Numbered from the stretch's first letter, positions 51,130 to 61,874 are shown. The stretch: DNA of 64,000 nt from Candidatus Heimdallarchaeota archaeon (GCA_011364965.1 RDOB01000005.1:64001-128000), one strand, 5' to 3'. The notes: generated by a model not told the origin, from the sequence alone. Numbers and translations: made by a program.

Positions 51130-52191
51130 TTAATTAATCTCTGATAGACTTGTAACTAAATATTCTAGAATTGGATTTTTTCCATTAATTTCACTAAAGG
51201 TCTCATAAATTATAAATGAAATATCCTTATGTTGAGTCATACGACCTTTAGGTAATCGGGGAATTTTTGATACAATCATAATTATTTTACAATCTGAGGG
51301 CATTTCCAGATTGTGAAGTACTCGAAGATCCTTGGAAGAAACATTTTCCTCTACAACTAGGATATTATAAATATTTTTAGAATTCATTGAATTAATTGCC
51401 CTTACCAAAGATTCGAAATCCAAACTTCGCAACGGATGAATCTCCCGTCCAATAAACGCTGTTTCTAATACATCATATAAATCATCATTCTTGCATACAA
51501 TTATCAAATCTCTTGTGTCTTCTTTTGAAACATTTAGTTGTAAATTCCTGTACAATCTTCTTAAAGCATCCAATATCTGTGCAGCAAAAATTTTATCTGA
51601 AATTATAGTTGGTACAACATCTTCAAGACCAGAGATCATCTCGAGGGCTTGATTTATTACATTTGGTGCTGTGTCGGCAAATAGCTGGATTCCTCGCCAA
51701 TGGATGTATTCTATAGGTAATTTATCTGCAATTACTTCATTAAATAAGTTCTGAAATTGCTCCCTCTTAATGTCTTCAAGAAGATCGTTATCTTGAATGA
51801 AATTCTTGATTTCATTCGTAAAAGGATTGACATCAATATCCCAGTCATATAATAGATCTTCGGTTGCATCTACATACATATCTAAGAATTTTGTTCCTAT
51901 AAATTGTAAGAGAGTTTTTACCGTAAATGAGTGATATTTTTCATCTGTTGCACTTATGATTGCAGCTACAATTATGTTTCCTAATGTTTCAAAATGAAGT
52001 TCATCTTTTCCCATTTTAAGATATTCTATTGCTTTATGTTTTGTACTAAGGGAAATTGCAAAATTCGATAAGCCTGCAACTAATCCAGAAAAAAGATTTT
52101 CATCTATAATTTCATAATCTGAGACTGGAGCGTTATAATTATAATAACAAAGCCCCACGTTTGAAATTATCCATAAATTTTTAATAATCAT
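51130..52191 (-). CDS. Longin-like domain protein with receiver-like C-terminal region
   Basis: IKNLWIISNVGLCYY...DENLFSGLVAGLSNFA...IGTKFLDMY is the typical Asgard longin-like pattern. Confidence 0.65.
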   Translation of the reverse strand: MIIKNLWIISNVGLCYYNYNAPVSDYEIIDENLFSGLVAGLSNFAISLSTKHKAIEYLKMGKDELHFETLGNIIVAAIISATDEKYHSFTVKTLLQFIGTKFLDMYVDATEDLLYDWDIDVNPFTNEIKNFIQDNDLLEDIKREQFQNLFNEVIADKLPIEYIHWRGIQLFADTAPNVINQALEMISGLEDVVPTIISDKIFAAQILDALRRLYRNLQLNVSKEDTRDLIIVCKNDDLYDVLETAFIGREIHPLRSLDFESLVRAINSMNSKNIYNILVVEENVSSKDLRVLHNLEMPSDCKIIMIVSKIPRLPKGRMTQHKDISFIIYETFSEINGKNPILEYLVTSLSEIN

Positions 52192-52338
52192 CTTTTTTCA
52201 TACCAAAAAAAAGAGTTTCACTCTAATGCAGTTATTTAGTAAATTATCCGCATTCTTCCTATATTAAACTTGGGTTTTAAACTGAGTTAAATAGGTGATT
52301 TCTGAGTCACTTATAGGATGAAGAACACCCATACTAAA

Positions 52339-54231
52339 CTATATCACTTGATTTAACCATTCCAAAATCTCAGAATAAGTCTTGATTCGATTTCGTAATT
52401 TTGTGACCCCATGCCCTTCATCGCTAAATCTCAGTAGCTTTACATTAAGATTTTTCTCTCTAAGTTCGTTATACATCTGAATAGTTTCAGAGAGAGGCAC
52501 TCGCTCGTCATTATCCCCATGGACAATAAATAAAGGCGCATTAATTTCATTTACTTTATGAATAGGACTTATCCGAGTCAGTGTATCCATATTAGCTTTT
52601 AAACTACCATATTCAACTTCTCTTAATTTTCTACGCCATGATGCAGTGTTTTGCAGGAAAGTGATAAAATTCGCTATACCTACTATATCGATCCCCGCTT
52701 TCCATAGCTCTGGGTATTCTGTCATAGCTGAAAGAACTGCAAATCCTCCGTAACTTGCTCCCATTACTACTAATCGATCAGAATCAATCAGTAAATCGGT
52801 TTTCTTGAGGTGACTAACAAGCTCAGATATGTCTCTGATGGAATCTAGACGCTTTTCTATGTTATCCAAATCAAGATATTTCTTCCCATAACCTGTACTA
52901 CCTCGAATATTAGGAGTTATTATTGCATAACCTGCTGAAAGGAAAAATTGAATTATCGCTGAAAAACTGGGTCTAATCTGTGCCTCTGGCCCTCCATGAA
53001 TAATTAGTATTGCTGGCCATCCTTTCGAGGGAGGAGATCCTGTGGGTAAATACCTGAAATATGGGACTGAGAGATTATCAAAGGATGAAAATTGAACTAA
53101 TGTACAATCTACAAAGTTTTCTTTATTCAATCCTGCTGTATCAGTGTTTGTTGCCTTCCAGAAAGAATTACTCTGGACACTATATATCCAAATATTTGTT
53201 GGGGAATTAGGTGAAGTGATTGTAAGAGCTATCATAGTGCCATCAGGTGAAACGGTCATTCCTGAAGTGAACGTTCGGATATCTCCAGCAGTTATGACTC
53301 CTTTGAAAGGTAATTTAATTTCAGAATAATTTTCACATCTATTTGATATGAAAACTCCTTTGAACAGTTTACTGTATCCTTTTTGATTTGCTACAAAATA
53401 GGTAATATCGGAATTGGTACTCCAAGCTACTTTTTCAATATCATATGGTAATTCCTTGTCTAACGTTTCCAACTTAATAAAATTACCCTCTAAAGAAATA
53501 ATAGCCAATCGAAAATAATCAGATTCGTAATCGGTAATCACAAGTAGATGTTCATCATCTAACCATCTCACTGCATCCCATCGAATCTTCTCATCCCCCG
53601 AAACAACCTTGGAGATATCTACTATCTCTCGAGATTCAATATCAAAGAGGAGTAACTCTTGATGATTATTTCCTAGGTATTTTCTTAAAATTAATTTGTT
53701 TTCATCATTTGGGGAAACTAAAACTGTTAAAAAATAACCCTCGTCAGGTTGAAAGAGTAATTCTGGTTCATATTCTAAGAGAGGGATTTTGTGTCGATAG
53801 ATGGCAAAGATTGATTTATCAATTAAATTCGCTGAAAAATAGATATAATCATCTGTAGTAAGAGTAATTAAGTGTTTGGCATTCTTGTCATTAGTAATCC
53901 ACTCCAATTTTTTATCTTTGGTCGCAACTCCAATCTGAAAATTTTCCTTTCCTCCCTGATCTCCAAGAAAGACAATACTTTCATCTGATAAGTATCTTGC
54001 GTCCGTACACCGATCTATATCATGACTTATACGTTCGGGCCATAATTGGATTCCGTTCTGAATGGGAACGGTATATACCTGAAAATAACCTGGATTATCA
54101 TATTCAAAGGTGATTTTCTTTTCCTTTGGATGCCAATCTGCTCCGCCTGCGGTTTCTATGGCAAGATAAGCTTTGAATTTCTCTTTTTGAGTCATAATCA
54201 CTTTGGCGTCTCCTTGTTTCTCTGCATTCAA
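52339..54231 (-). CDS. S9 family peptidase (acylaminoacyl-peptidase-like)
   Basis: HGGPE, PNIRGSTGYG, GASYGG, HGDNDERV, DEGH. Confidence 0.93.
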   Translation of the reverse strand: MNAEKQGDAKVIMTQKEKFKAYLAIETAGGADWHPKEKKITFEYDNPGYFQVYTVPIQNGIQLWPERISHDIDRCTDARYLSDESIVFLGDQGGKENFQIGVATKDKKLEWITNDKNAKHLITLTTDDYIYFSANLIDKSIFAIYRHKIPLLEYEPELLFQPDEGYFLTVLVSPNDENKLILRKYLGNNHQELLLFDIESREIVDISKVVSGDEKIRWDAVRWLDDEHLLVITDYESDYFRLAIISLEGNFIKLETLDKELPYDIEKVAWSTNSDITYFVANQKGYSKLFKGVFISNRCENYSEIKLPFKGVITAGDIRTFTSGMTVSPDGTMIALTITSPNSPTNIWIYSVQSNSFWKATNTDTAGLNKENFVDCTLVQFSSFDNLSVPYFRYLPTGSPPSKGWPAILIIHGGPEAQIRPSFSAIIQFFLSAGYAIITPNIRGSTGYGKKYLDLDNIEKRLDSIRDISELVSHLKKTDLLIDSDRLVVMGASYGGFAVLSAMTEYPELWKAGIDIVGIANFITFLQNTASWRRKLREVEYGSLKANMDTLTRISPIHKVNEINAPLFIVHGDNDERVPLSETIQMYNELREKNLNVKLLRFSDEGHGVTKLRNRIKTYSEILEWLNQVI

Positions 54232-54266
54232 CTTATAAATCCACTAAAAAGTTAGTCTAATTGGTG

Positions 54267-55463
54267 CTAGTCTAATTTATCCACAATATCCACAAATTCT
54301 AAAGCAATTTCAGCCCCTCGTGCTATACTTGGGCCTGATAGTTTATCAGGAGTATCTTCTAAAGTATGCCAATAAGTAGGAACTCCAGTTTCTGCTAAAC
54401 CAAATAATGTGGTAGCATCAAGGCCTTTCCGAGAGAAATTCGCTGCATCTGAGCCTGCAAAATTCATCGCTTCAATTTTTACAGGGATTTTGAGGTTGTT
54501 TGCAGCTTTCTCTCCTAGCTGAATTACTTTTTTTGAGTGAGTAGCTAAAAACATGACTTCTTTCGTTGCGATTAAGAATGTTTCGGCACTTAAGCATTCC
54601 AAATTGAACAGCATTACATTCCTGTGTTTTAATTCTGGCCCAAATTTTTGTACAAATCTTTTCGAGCCTCTCATATGCTCTTCTCCTGCGAAACTTACAA
54701 GCCATACCTCAGTATTTTCAGGTTTATTTTTATAGAGATATTTACCACATTCTCGAATCGCAGCAACCGCTGTTAAATTGTCATTTGCTCCTAGAACCCC
54801 TTTATTTGATCTAAGAAAGATTGCCAAAACTAGAACTACTAATGTACCGATAGCAAAAAGAATTAATTGTAACGTGTCAATAAATTGAATCATTTCTACT
54901 GGTGCCAAGATTTTAATAATTCCCAATATGATGTTAAGAACTACGATCGATATGGCTATATAAATGACATAAGAAGATTTTTGGCCTAATTTACTTAGTA
55001 ATGGAAATTCATAAGCGGAATCATGATGACCTGATAATATTATTAGATGTTTGGGTTTATTCATTGGTTTTATTTTGCCAATAACATGGAATGAGGTTAT
55101 TTTAGGGAAAAAGAAATCAACTGCTTCAAAGAGAAAATTCTGTTGTAAACTATAAATTGCTAAGGCCCCAAAAACCAATATAATTGACACAAGGGAATGA
55201 ATAAAAAAAAAGGCCAAAAAACCAAGAATATAAAGACCAGCTGTGACCCAGATGAAATCTAAAAAGCCCCCTGGATGGCATGTGAATTCTTGCGTAAGAG
55301 TTTCATCAGTATATTGTTTAAAATCATTAAAAATAAGATTTCCTACTTTATCTTCTTCCTTGGTGCCTGCGATTCGCGGGCCAATCTCATTACAAATCTT
55401 CTCAATAAAGACTAACATATCCTTTCCAGATGGGTCTATTCTAGGTTTATATCCTTCTTTCAA
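54267..55463 (-). CDS. M28 family membrane metallopeptidase
   Basis: GPRIAGT, GHHDS, GANDN, GEE, SDA, WHT; internal TM helices. Confidence 0.88.
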   Translation of the reverse strand: MKEGYKPRIDPSGKDMLVFIEKICNEIGPRIAGTKEEDKVGNLIFNDFKQYTDETLTQEFTCHPGGFLDFIWVTAGLYILGFLAFFFIHSLVSIILVFGALAIYSLQQNFLFEAVDFFFPKITSFHVIGKIKPMNKPKHLIILSGHHDSAYEFPLLSKLGQKSSYVIYIAISIVVLNIILGIIKILAPVEMIQFIDTLQLILFAIGTLVVLVLAIFLRSNKGVLGANDNLTAVAAIRECGKYLYKNKPENTEVWLVSFAGEEHMRGSKRFVQKFGPELKHRNVMLFNLECLSAETFLIATKEVMFLATHSKKVIQLGEKAANNLKIPVKIEAMNFAGSDAANFSRKGLDATTLFGLAETGVPTYWHTLEDTPDKLSGPSIARGAEIALEFVDIVDKLD

Positions 55464-55497
55464 TTTGAATCACCAGTTAAATGTTGATATACTGTTC

Positions 55498-56334
55498 TTA
55501 TAAGAAATCATCTAAAGCCAGCTGTCCTCTGATATATATATTATGTTTTTCAAAACCTACTGTAGCAATATTAGATTTAGATAAAATTTCTCTTATTGAA
55601 ATCGCATCATTGATAGCATAACCTGAAAAACGGTTATTTATCACAATGAAAATGGATTCGAAGTTAGATTTAAGTCTAATGAATTTCTCAGACCAATATT
55701 TTAATTCTTTTGTTTTATTTAGGTGTAATTTCCCAAGTTTTGCATCTGGTATTAGCTCTCTGTCCCCTAAAAGTCGAACATAGTAGCAAGAGGGAGATAT
55801 GCTTTGAAATTCCGATGGTAGTTCAAGAAACGGAGTATCTATTATGGGAACTGAAAGCTCCTTGACTAGATCCAAGACCTCAAAAGTTATCCAAGATTGA
55901 TTTCTAAACTCAACTACCACATGTTTTGAGAACATAGATCTACATTGCTCAAGTAGACGATGTAAATAGTTGAAATTGTCTTTAGTTCGTTGAAAACGAG
56001 GAGGAAATTGAATAACAACTATCTGAAATTTGTCCTCTAACCCTTTCATGCGCAAAAAAAATTTACGTAAGATCTCTATGTTCAAGTTCCTATGAGAAGT
56101 GTGAGTGATATCTCGAATAAGTTTAGCAGCAAAAATGAAGTCATCAGGAGTATAATGATACCATTGTCGAACCATGAACTCCGAGGGGATACGATAGAAA
56201 GTTGTGTTTATTTCATTCAATCTTGAAAAATAAGAGTAATATTCTAATTCATTAAACGAGTCAGTTCTCACTCTAGGATAAAATTTTCCCCTCCAGTGAT
56301 TATAAGACCAACCTGTGGTTCCAATGTAAATCAT
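55498..56334 (-). CDS. DUF72 domain protein
   Basis: IGTTGWSYNHW, EINTTFYRIP, QFPP, VEFRN, YVRLLG, INN. Confidence 0.9.
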   Translation of the reverse strand: MIYIGTTGWSYNHWRGKFYPRVRTDSFNELEYYSYFSRLNEINTTFYRIPSEFMVRQWYHYTPDDFIFAAKLIRDITHTSHRNLNIEILRKFFLRMKGLEDKFQIVVIQFPPRFQRTKDNFNYLHRLLEQCRSMFSKHVVVEFRNQSWITFEVLDLVKELSVPIIDTPFLELPSEFQSISPSCYYVRLLGDRELIPDAKLGKLHLNKTKELKYWSEKFIRLKSNFESIFIVINNRFSGYAINDAISIREILSKSNIATVGFEKHNIYIRGQLALDDFL

Positions 56335-56597
56335 TTTAATTCCATACTTCGGTTTGAATGACTCATATCAGAATGAATTAGAATTGTTTTTTACCTTAAT
56401 AATTTTGATTATCCTCAATGTAGTACCAAAAAAATAGAAATAATCGCTAAAATATTTAAATTATGAAATTACTTATTTAGAGACGTAATCCTTTTTAAAT
56501 TTGGAAGTTCTGTTATTTACAGATATAAGCGGGTTCCCAATGAAAGTAATTTACTTCAAAAATTTTTCGGAATTTAAACTGATAAGATGAAATAGAA

Positions 56598-56846
56598 TTG
56601 ACCAACAAAGATAATTTATTATTTATTTTTTCTCTTTTCCTTAGTCTAATCACTATAATTGCTTTTTTTGTGTTTCAGTTTCCATTTTTATTCTTTATTC
56701 TTCTATTTCCTCCATTTCTATTCAGAAAAACACAGAAAAAACAGCAATTACTTATATGTGAAGAATGTCAGTCTATTTTAAACCCAAACTGGAAATTATG
56801 TCCATATTGTGGTAGGAAGGTTGAAGGTTATATGAAAAGAGGCTAA
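56598..56846 (+). CDS. Small membrane protein with C-terminal zinc ribbon
   Basis: Phe-rich TM hairpin followed by CEEC...WKLCPYCG. Confidence 0.8.
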   Translation: MTNKDNLLFIFSLFLSLITIIAFFVFQFPFLFFILLFPPFLFRKTQKKQQLLICEECQSILNPNWKLCPYCGRKVEGYMKRG

Positions 56847-56921
56847 AATTGATCATCTCCAAGGTTTTAGAAAATAAATAAGTTAAATTATCAATTATGA
56901 TTTCGCTTTATTTGATGTTTT

Positions 56922-57086
56922 ATGAAGAAGCTTGTGTGTCCTTGGTGTCATACACCTTCGATTACCCCAGTTCAGTTATCAGGAAAAATTCGATTGCAAT
57001 GTCCAGATTGTGGTATGGATGCGTATGTTATAAAGCCTCCAGAGACATTAAGTAACCCTGATGCTGACCAAGTTAAAGCTTATTAG
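56922..57086 (+). CDS. 54-aa zinc-ribbon protein (not in ORF track)
   Basis: Manual translation MKKLVCPWCHTPSITPVQLSGKIRLQCPDCGMDAYVIKPPETLSNPDADQVKAY; two CPxC knuckles. Confidence 0.75.
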   Translation: MKKLVCPWCHTPSITPVQLSGKIRLQCPDCGMDAYVIKPPETLSNPDADQVKAY

Positions 57087-57129
57087 TCAATTGACCTTTT
57101 AGATTATGGATAATTGATCTTAGGTTCAC

Positions 57130-57456
57130 CTAATCATTCTTTGATTTAAATTTTGGAAATTGACATGATTTGCATAAGGGATTATCCATTTCATATAATT
57201 CACAAAAGTACCTAATAGAATTTGTATTTTCTTCTTTGGATCTAGAAAAATAAAGGCAATTGTATAAGAAATTATTTGTGGAAACCTCTTCCATTGATCC
57301 ACTCGATCCGTGAAGAAAGAATAGACACTTATCTGGGCATTGGTTGATATATTCACGATATTTCAGGCAGTACGCAATTGTTTCCGCTTTTGTTGTTAGT
57401 AAGAATTGACAAAACTTATACATCATACAGTTTTTTACTCCAGCAATCTCTCTCAT
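57130..57456 (-). CDS. Cys-rich small protein
   Basis: 108 aa with 9 Cys in two similar clusters; its start directly abuts the stop of the upstream gene. Confidence 0.65.
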   Translation of the reverse strand: MREIAGVKNCMMYKFCQFLLTTKAETIAYCLKYREYINQCPDKCLFFLHGSSGSMEEVSTNNFLYNCLYFSRSKEENTNSIRYFCELYEMDNPLCKSCQFPKFKSKND

Positions 57457-58794
57457 TCATTCCTCTACTTTTTGAGGGATATTGGCTACGATTTCTCCAT
57501 CTCGACCAATATCAATCAAGTCTCGTTGGTGAAGAGGATTTAATTGCTGCTTTAGCACAATAGGATCCATTCCTACACTTTTAGCCAACGCTTCCAAGCT
57601 CATACGACCGTTCATACGCAATAAAATGGTAATTGGTGCAAAGTTCGAAAGTGATAGAACTTGATCAATGTATTCATTCATATTTTCAATCTGAGTCATT
57701 TTTTTTGCTAATGAAATTTCTTCAACGTGTTTCTTTTCTTTTTCTAAATCAACTTTTAACTGCTCGTTTTCAGAACGAAATATAGCAATTTCCTTCTGCA
57801 AGTTATCATTCTTTTCAATAATATCCGCTAGTTGCTCTTCTAATTCATCGTTCTTTCCCAATAAAATTTCATTCGTAGTACGTTGTTCAGAGAATTTTGT
57901 ATTTACCACCTCTAACTTTTTCACCTCTCCAGCTAGTTTTTCAGCCAGTATTTTGACATCTTTTTGGTATTTTTCTGAGTTCTCTTTGATTCGTATTTGA
58001 ATTGAATTTTCATATTGCTCCTTTACCTGTGCAATAGTTTTTTGAAAGTGGGATTCTTGATCCTGATAACTTGCAGCCCATGTTTCCATTGCTTCAGCTG
58101 CTGCAGCATCCATTGCATTTGATAATCTTGAAATTTCTGCTCTTTTATCCACCAATTCCATCCCCAATTTGTTGTTTTGCTCTTCTAGAGTAAATATACG
58201 ATTTATTTTTTCCTTCAATTGAGTTTCAAGCTCTATTAATTGTTCCTCAACGTACTCTCTCTGAGATTCAAGATTATCAGCTTTAGCGCGTTCAGCTATA
58301 AGTTCCTTTTCGATATTAGCTAATTTTATTCTATGATTTGACTCCTGATCTTTAATCAACCTCTCTTTATTTGATAATTGCTCCTTAAAAGAATTGATAG
58401 ACTGGTTTAAATCTGAGATTTCTCTAGATTGTTGGTCAATAGTCAATTGTTGCTTTTCCAACTGTTTTTGATCTTTTTCCTCAATAATGATCCGTTCATC
58501 CTGTATCAATACTCTTTTTATCCAACCAAGCGATTTGATAGTGATTCTAGTTAATTGACTCTCAATAGTTCTGTTAACTTCTTGCTGAAGTTCTTTAAGT
58601 AGATCCTCAACATATTTACGATCCTGAACTCTAGATAAAAGGGAGGAATCACGCAATATTCCAGAACGAAATCCACTAAAGGATACACCCAGAGCTTGTA
58701 CGGCAAGATTTCGATCTTTGGCCAGATCGTTAATAAATTCTAAACCATACTCACGTAAGTCTAGATTTACGGAAGAAGTCATTAAATTCACCAA
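57457..58794 (-). CDS. Long coiled-coil protein with C-terminal winged helix
   Basis: About 270 aa of heptad-rich E/K/Q sequence; C-terminal MSLEALAKSVGMDPIVLKQQLNPLHQRDLI. Confidence 0.75.
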   Translation of the reverse strand: MVNLMTSSVNLDLREYGLEFINDLAKDRNLAVQALGVSFSGFRSGILRDSSLLSRVQDRKYVEDLLKELQQEVNRTIESQLTRITIKSLGWIKRVLIQDERIIIEEKDQKQLEKQQLTIDQQSREISDLNQSINSFKEQLSNKERLIKDQESNHRIKLANIEKELIAERAKADNLESQREYVEEQLIELETQLKEKINRIFTLEEQNNKLGMELVDKRAEISRLSNAMDAAAAEAMETWAASYQDQESHFQKTIAQVKEQYENSIQIRIKENSEKYQKDVKILAEKLAGEVKKLEVVNTKFSEQRTTNEILLGKNDELEEQLADIIEKNDNLQKEIAIFRSENEQLKVDLEKEKKHVEEISLAKKMTQIENMNEYIDQVLSLSNFAPITILLRMNGRMSLEALAKSVGMDPIVLKQQLNPLHQRDLIDIGRDGEIVANIPQKVEE

Positions 58795-58885
58795 AATAAT
58801 AATTATTATCTTGTCTGTAGGTTTTTTAAATAGCTTGTTTTTAAGAAATTATGAGGAATAGATTATCTTTCTGGAGATAGAATCT

Positions 58886-60559
58886 ATGCTGTTGAAATTT
58901 AGACGGAATTTCGTATTTTTCAGATATAATTCAATCTATATAATAATAATCATTAGTATTTCATTCTTTTTTTCGGATTCTTCTAAAATCTTTGGGACTT
59001 CTGTTACAATCATTGAAGGAAATACCTTGGTTAATCCTTTACATCCTTTAAACTCCGACAATTTAATTAATTTAACCATTTTGCATATTAATGATCTTCA
59101 TGGATGGTTAAATCCCCATGAAGGATATGGTGGAGTTGCAACTTACATGACGTATTTTAAAAATGAAGGATTCAATCCTAATGATAGAGATTCATCCTTT
59201 TTATTACTTTCAGGAGGAGATCAAAATACTGGACCTGCGGTTGCAACATTAAGTAAAGGAGAAGCCGTAGTTGATGTTATGAACTCCATGGGTTTCTCAG
59301 CTGCAGCAATAGGAAATCATGAATTCGATTTCGGGATTAACTGGATGGAAAAGCGACAAATTCAAGCGAATTATCCAATTCTTTCATCTAATATCTACGA
59401 AACCGGTACCACAAAGTTAGCAAATTTTTCAATACCATGGGTCATACAAAATCATTCAGGAGTAAATATTGGAATAATTGGATTGACAACGATAACTACT
59501 TATTCATCTGCTCATCCTAAAATAACACAATATTTCGATTTTGGTGATTATGAAACTGCACTTCGTTCCTACATTCCCGCAATGCGCGATGAAGGTGCAG
59601 AAATCATTATTTGCTTAGCACATGTTCCTCCAATAGAACTACAATATTTAGCAGAAGATGTGGCTGATTTAAATATCGATTTATACTTGGGCGGTCATAG
59701 CGGAGGGGGCCTGATTTCACAGGTTTCATCTTCACTAATAGCAGGAGCTGAACATTATGGTCATCAATATGTAAAAGTTATTCTCAGTTATAGTAAAGAA
59801 CAGTCTGAAGTAATTGTACGATCTGGAACCCTAATCGATAATCTAGAAGCTGAAGTTGAACCTGATCAAGCAATTCAATCGCTTGTTGACGAATGGATTA
59901 ACCAAGTAGATGCTGATCGAATAATAACATATAGTAGTACAGATGTAAGAGATGATGGCGGAGACTCAGGAATCAGTGCATTAGTAACAGATAGCTTCTT
60001 GTACTACTTCAATTATACATACAATTTTGGGATTGCTAATGCTGGTGGGGGATTCCGCGATTATTTTCGAGCAGGAAATATCACTCTAGCTGATATAGTG
60101 TCTGTATTTCCTTTCGAGAATAATCTTCTTGCATTTTCAATAACAGGAGAAGAGTTAAAATCCCAATTCGCGTCCCAATTTCTGGATGACGCACATTCTG
60201 GATTAAAATTAAAAAATGAAAAATTATTTGTATTCGAGAACGGTCATTTTACCGAAGTGATTACCTCTAAGACTTATAACGGACTTATTCTTGATTATAT
60301 TTGGTATGTATCCTATAAGGATTCATTCAATGCAATTGATACAGCTGTTCATTATCGTGATGCAGTTGTATATTATTTTGAGCATTTAGAAGATTTATCT
60401 AACCATGTAAGTGCTGAAAGATCAATGATTACTTTGCCATTTCCAATAGAGAAAAGCTCAACCCAACCAACTTCTGTAACTGGAATAGAACCACTATTAG
60501 CATTATTTTTCTTAACATTTATTCTGCAAAGATACAAAAAGAAATGCAGATTTTATTAA
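58886..60559 (+). CDS. 5'-nucleotidase/metallophosphatase, surface-anchored
   Basis: HINDLHG, GGD, GNHEFDFG, LAH, GGHS, FPFEN; C-terminal S/T linker, TM helix and basic tail. Confidence 0.92.
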   Translation: MLLKFRRNFVFFRYNSIYIIIIISISFFFSDSSKIFGTSVTIIEGNTLVNPLHPLNSDNLINLTILHINDLHGWLNPHEGYGGVATYMTYFKNEGFNPNDRDSSFLLLSGGDQNTGPAVATLSKGEAVVDVMNSMGFSAAAIGNHEFDFGINWMEKRQIQANYPILSSNIYETGTTKLANFSIPWVIQNHSGVNIGIIGLTTITTYSSAHPKITQYFDFGDYETALRSYIPAMRDEGAEIIICLAHVPPIELQYLAEDVADLNIDLYLGGHSGGGLISQVSSSLIAGAEHYGHQYVKVILSYSKEQSEVIVRSGTLIDNLEAEVEPDQAIQSLVDEWINQVDADRIITYSSTDVRDDGGDSGISALVTDSFLYYFNYTYNFGIANAGGGFRDYFRAGNITLADIVSVFPFENNLLAFSITGEELKSQFASQFLDDAHSGLKLKNEKLFVFENGHFTEVITSKTYNGLILDYIWYVSYKDSFNAIDTAVHYRDAVVYYFEHLEDLSNHVSAERSMITLPFPIEKSSTQPTSVTGIEPLLALFFLTFILQRYKKKCRFY

Positions 60560-60567
60560 AAGAAAAA

Positions 60568-60858
60568 TTAAGCAGCTAGGGGGATAATTGGAGGATTCAA
60601 ATTATAAGTATTATTAATTACCTCTTTAAAGGTTTTAAGGTTAAATTTTTTCCCATTTTCATCCCGAATTATAAATTGGCTTTCATTGACTAATATTTGA
60701 AAAACCTCGAATGCCATTGAGGGGAAGAACGAGTTTCCACTGAAAACACCCAGTGATATTGTCTCAAATTTATTATCATGTGTCTTACGTTCCAAAAAAT
60801 ACTGTACTCGCATCTTGGAATTCGCTCGTTCTGTTTTTTTAATCTTAAAGGGCATCAA
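60568..60858 (-). CDS. Hypothetical protein
   Basis: 96-aa ORF filling the intergenic gap. Confidence 0.5.
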   Translation of the reverse strand: MMPFKIKKTERANSKMRVQYFLERKTHDNKFETISLGVFSGNSFFPSMAFEVFQILVNESQFIIRDENGKKFNLKTFKEVINNTYNLNPPIIPLAA

Positions 60859-60981
60859 TGCTAGTTTCTATTAGGAAATTTGTGATTGATATTCCAACAT
60901 AATATCTGGAGAGTATTAGGCTATTGAACCAATTTCCTCCCCAATCCGGTTTGAGAAAATTAGAAGTGTCTTAAAAATATA

Positions 60982-61665
60982 GTGAGGAAAATGTGTTTCA
61001 TGCAAGCTGAATCACTAACAGTGCTATTATTTACGCTTTGGGGAACACAACACTCTATACTTGCATCAAACAGGGTAAAAAAACGAGCAGGATTTGATCC
61101 TCTAGATCAAAAATATAGAATCGGTTTCATTGTGATCTCTCTCCTTTCTTTTGCGTTTCTTGAGTCAATCATAAATATATATCTTATTCCTGAGGGAAAA
61201 TTCGTCTCCTCAATAATAGATATGTCTATCCTATCCGATCTAATTCTTTATTATATCCTAACTATTACAGGATGGATTATGGCAATTGGCGCATTTATTC
61301 AAGCAGGCCCATTGACTTTCAGTGGCTTAAAAGGCGAAAAAAGAGCTCCTATTAAATTTAATGGATTCTATCGGTTTTCTCGCCATCCTATTTATTTTGG
61401 AGTGATGTTAGCTACTCTTGCATTAATGTTGACAGTATCTAATAGTGTTTTACTAGTAAAGTATTTAAGTTTTCTAATTTATTTTGTAATTGGGGCAAAA
61501 TTAGAGGAGCGAAGGCTTACTAATGTATTAGAAGGATATGAAGAAATGCTAAGTCGACCATTCTTATTTCCGTATCGAAAAGAGCACATTAGGATTCTCT
61601 TTGGTAGAGAAAGGAAGGAGAAGGTGGAAAAAAACCATAAAAAAATGGATTATTCAATCCAGTAG
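60982..61665 (+). CDS. ICMT/PEMT-like (MddA/NnrU-like) membrane methyltransferase
   Basis: QHSILAS, GFYRFSRHPIYFG, GAKLEERRL; TM helices. Confidence 0.8.
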   Translation: MRKMCFMQAESLTVLLFTLWGTQHSILASNRVKKRAGFDPLDQKYRIGFIVISLLSFAFLESIINIYLIPEGKFVSSIIDMSILSDLILYYILTITGWIMAIGAFIQAGPLTFSGLKGEKRAPIKFNGFYRFSRHPIYFGVMLATLALMLTVSNSVLLVKYLSFLIYFVIGAKLEERRLTNVLEGYEEMLSRPFLFPYRKEHIRILFGRERKEKVEKNHKKMDYSIQ

Positions 61666-61865
61666 TATTCAATTTTGTCTCCTTTAACTTCTTCCTCAGG
61701 GATTATAGCGATGAGATCATGGTGTAATTGGTGATGGATTAAATAACATGTTTCGTGAATATATTGCGTACACTGGTCACATTGAATAATAAGGACAAAT
61801 CCTGTCGTATCCTGTTTCAATAATAACCTGTTACAGACAGAACAGTATCGGATATCTCTACTCAT
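61650..61865 (-). CDS. 71-aa PHD/RING-like zinc-finger protein
   Basis: CSVC...CDQC...HETC...HH; GGTGA ribosome-binding site upstream. Confidence 0.75.
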   Translation of the reverse strand: MSRDIRYCSVCNRLLLKQDTTGFVLIIQCDQCTQYIHETCYLIHHQLHHDLIAIIPEEEVKGDKIEYYWIE

Positions 61866-61874
61866 CGCATCACC

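Noticed and set aside
4250-57563. Many short ORF-track calls overlapping long genes (e.g. 4629-5012, 15009-15482, 47662-48213)
   Set aside because: Antisense or out-of-frame shadows of well-supported genes, without motifs of their own.
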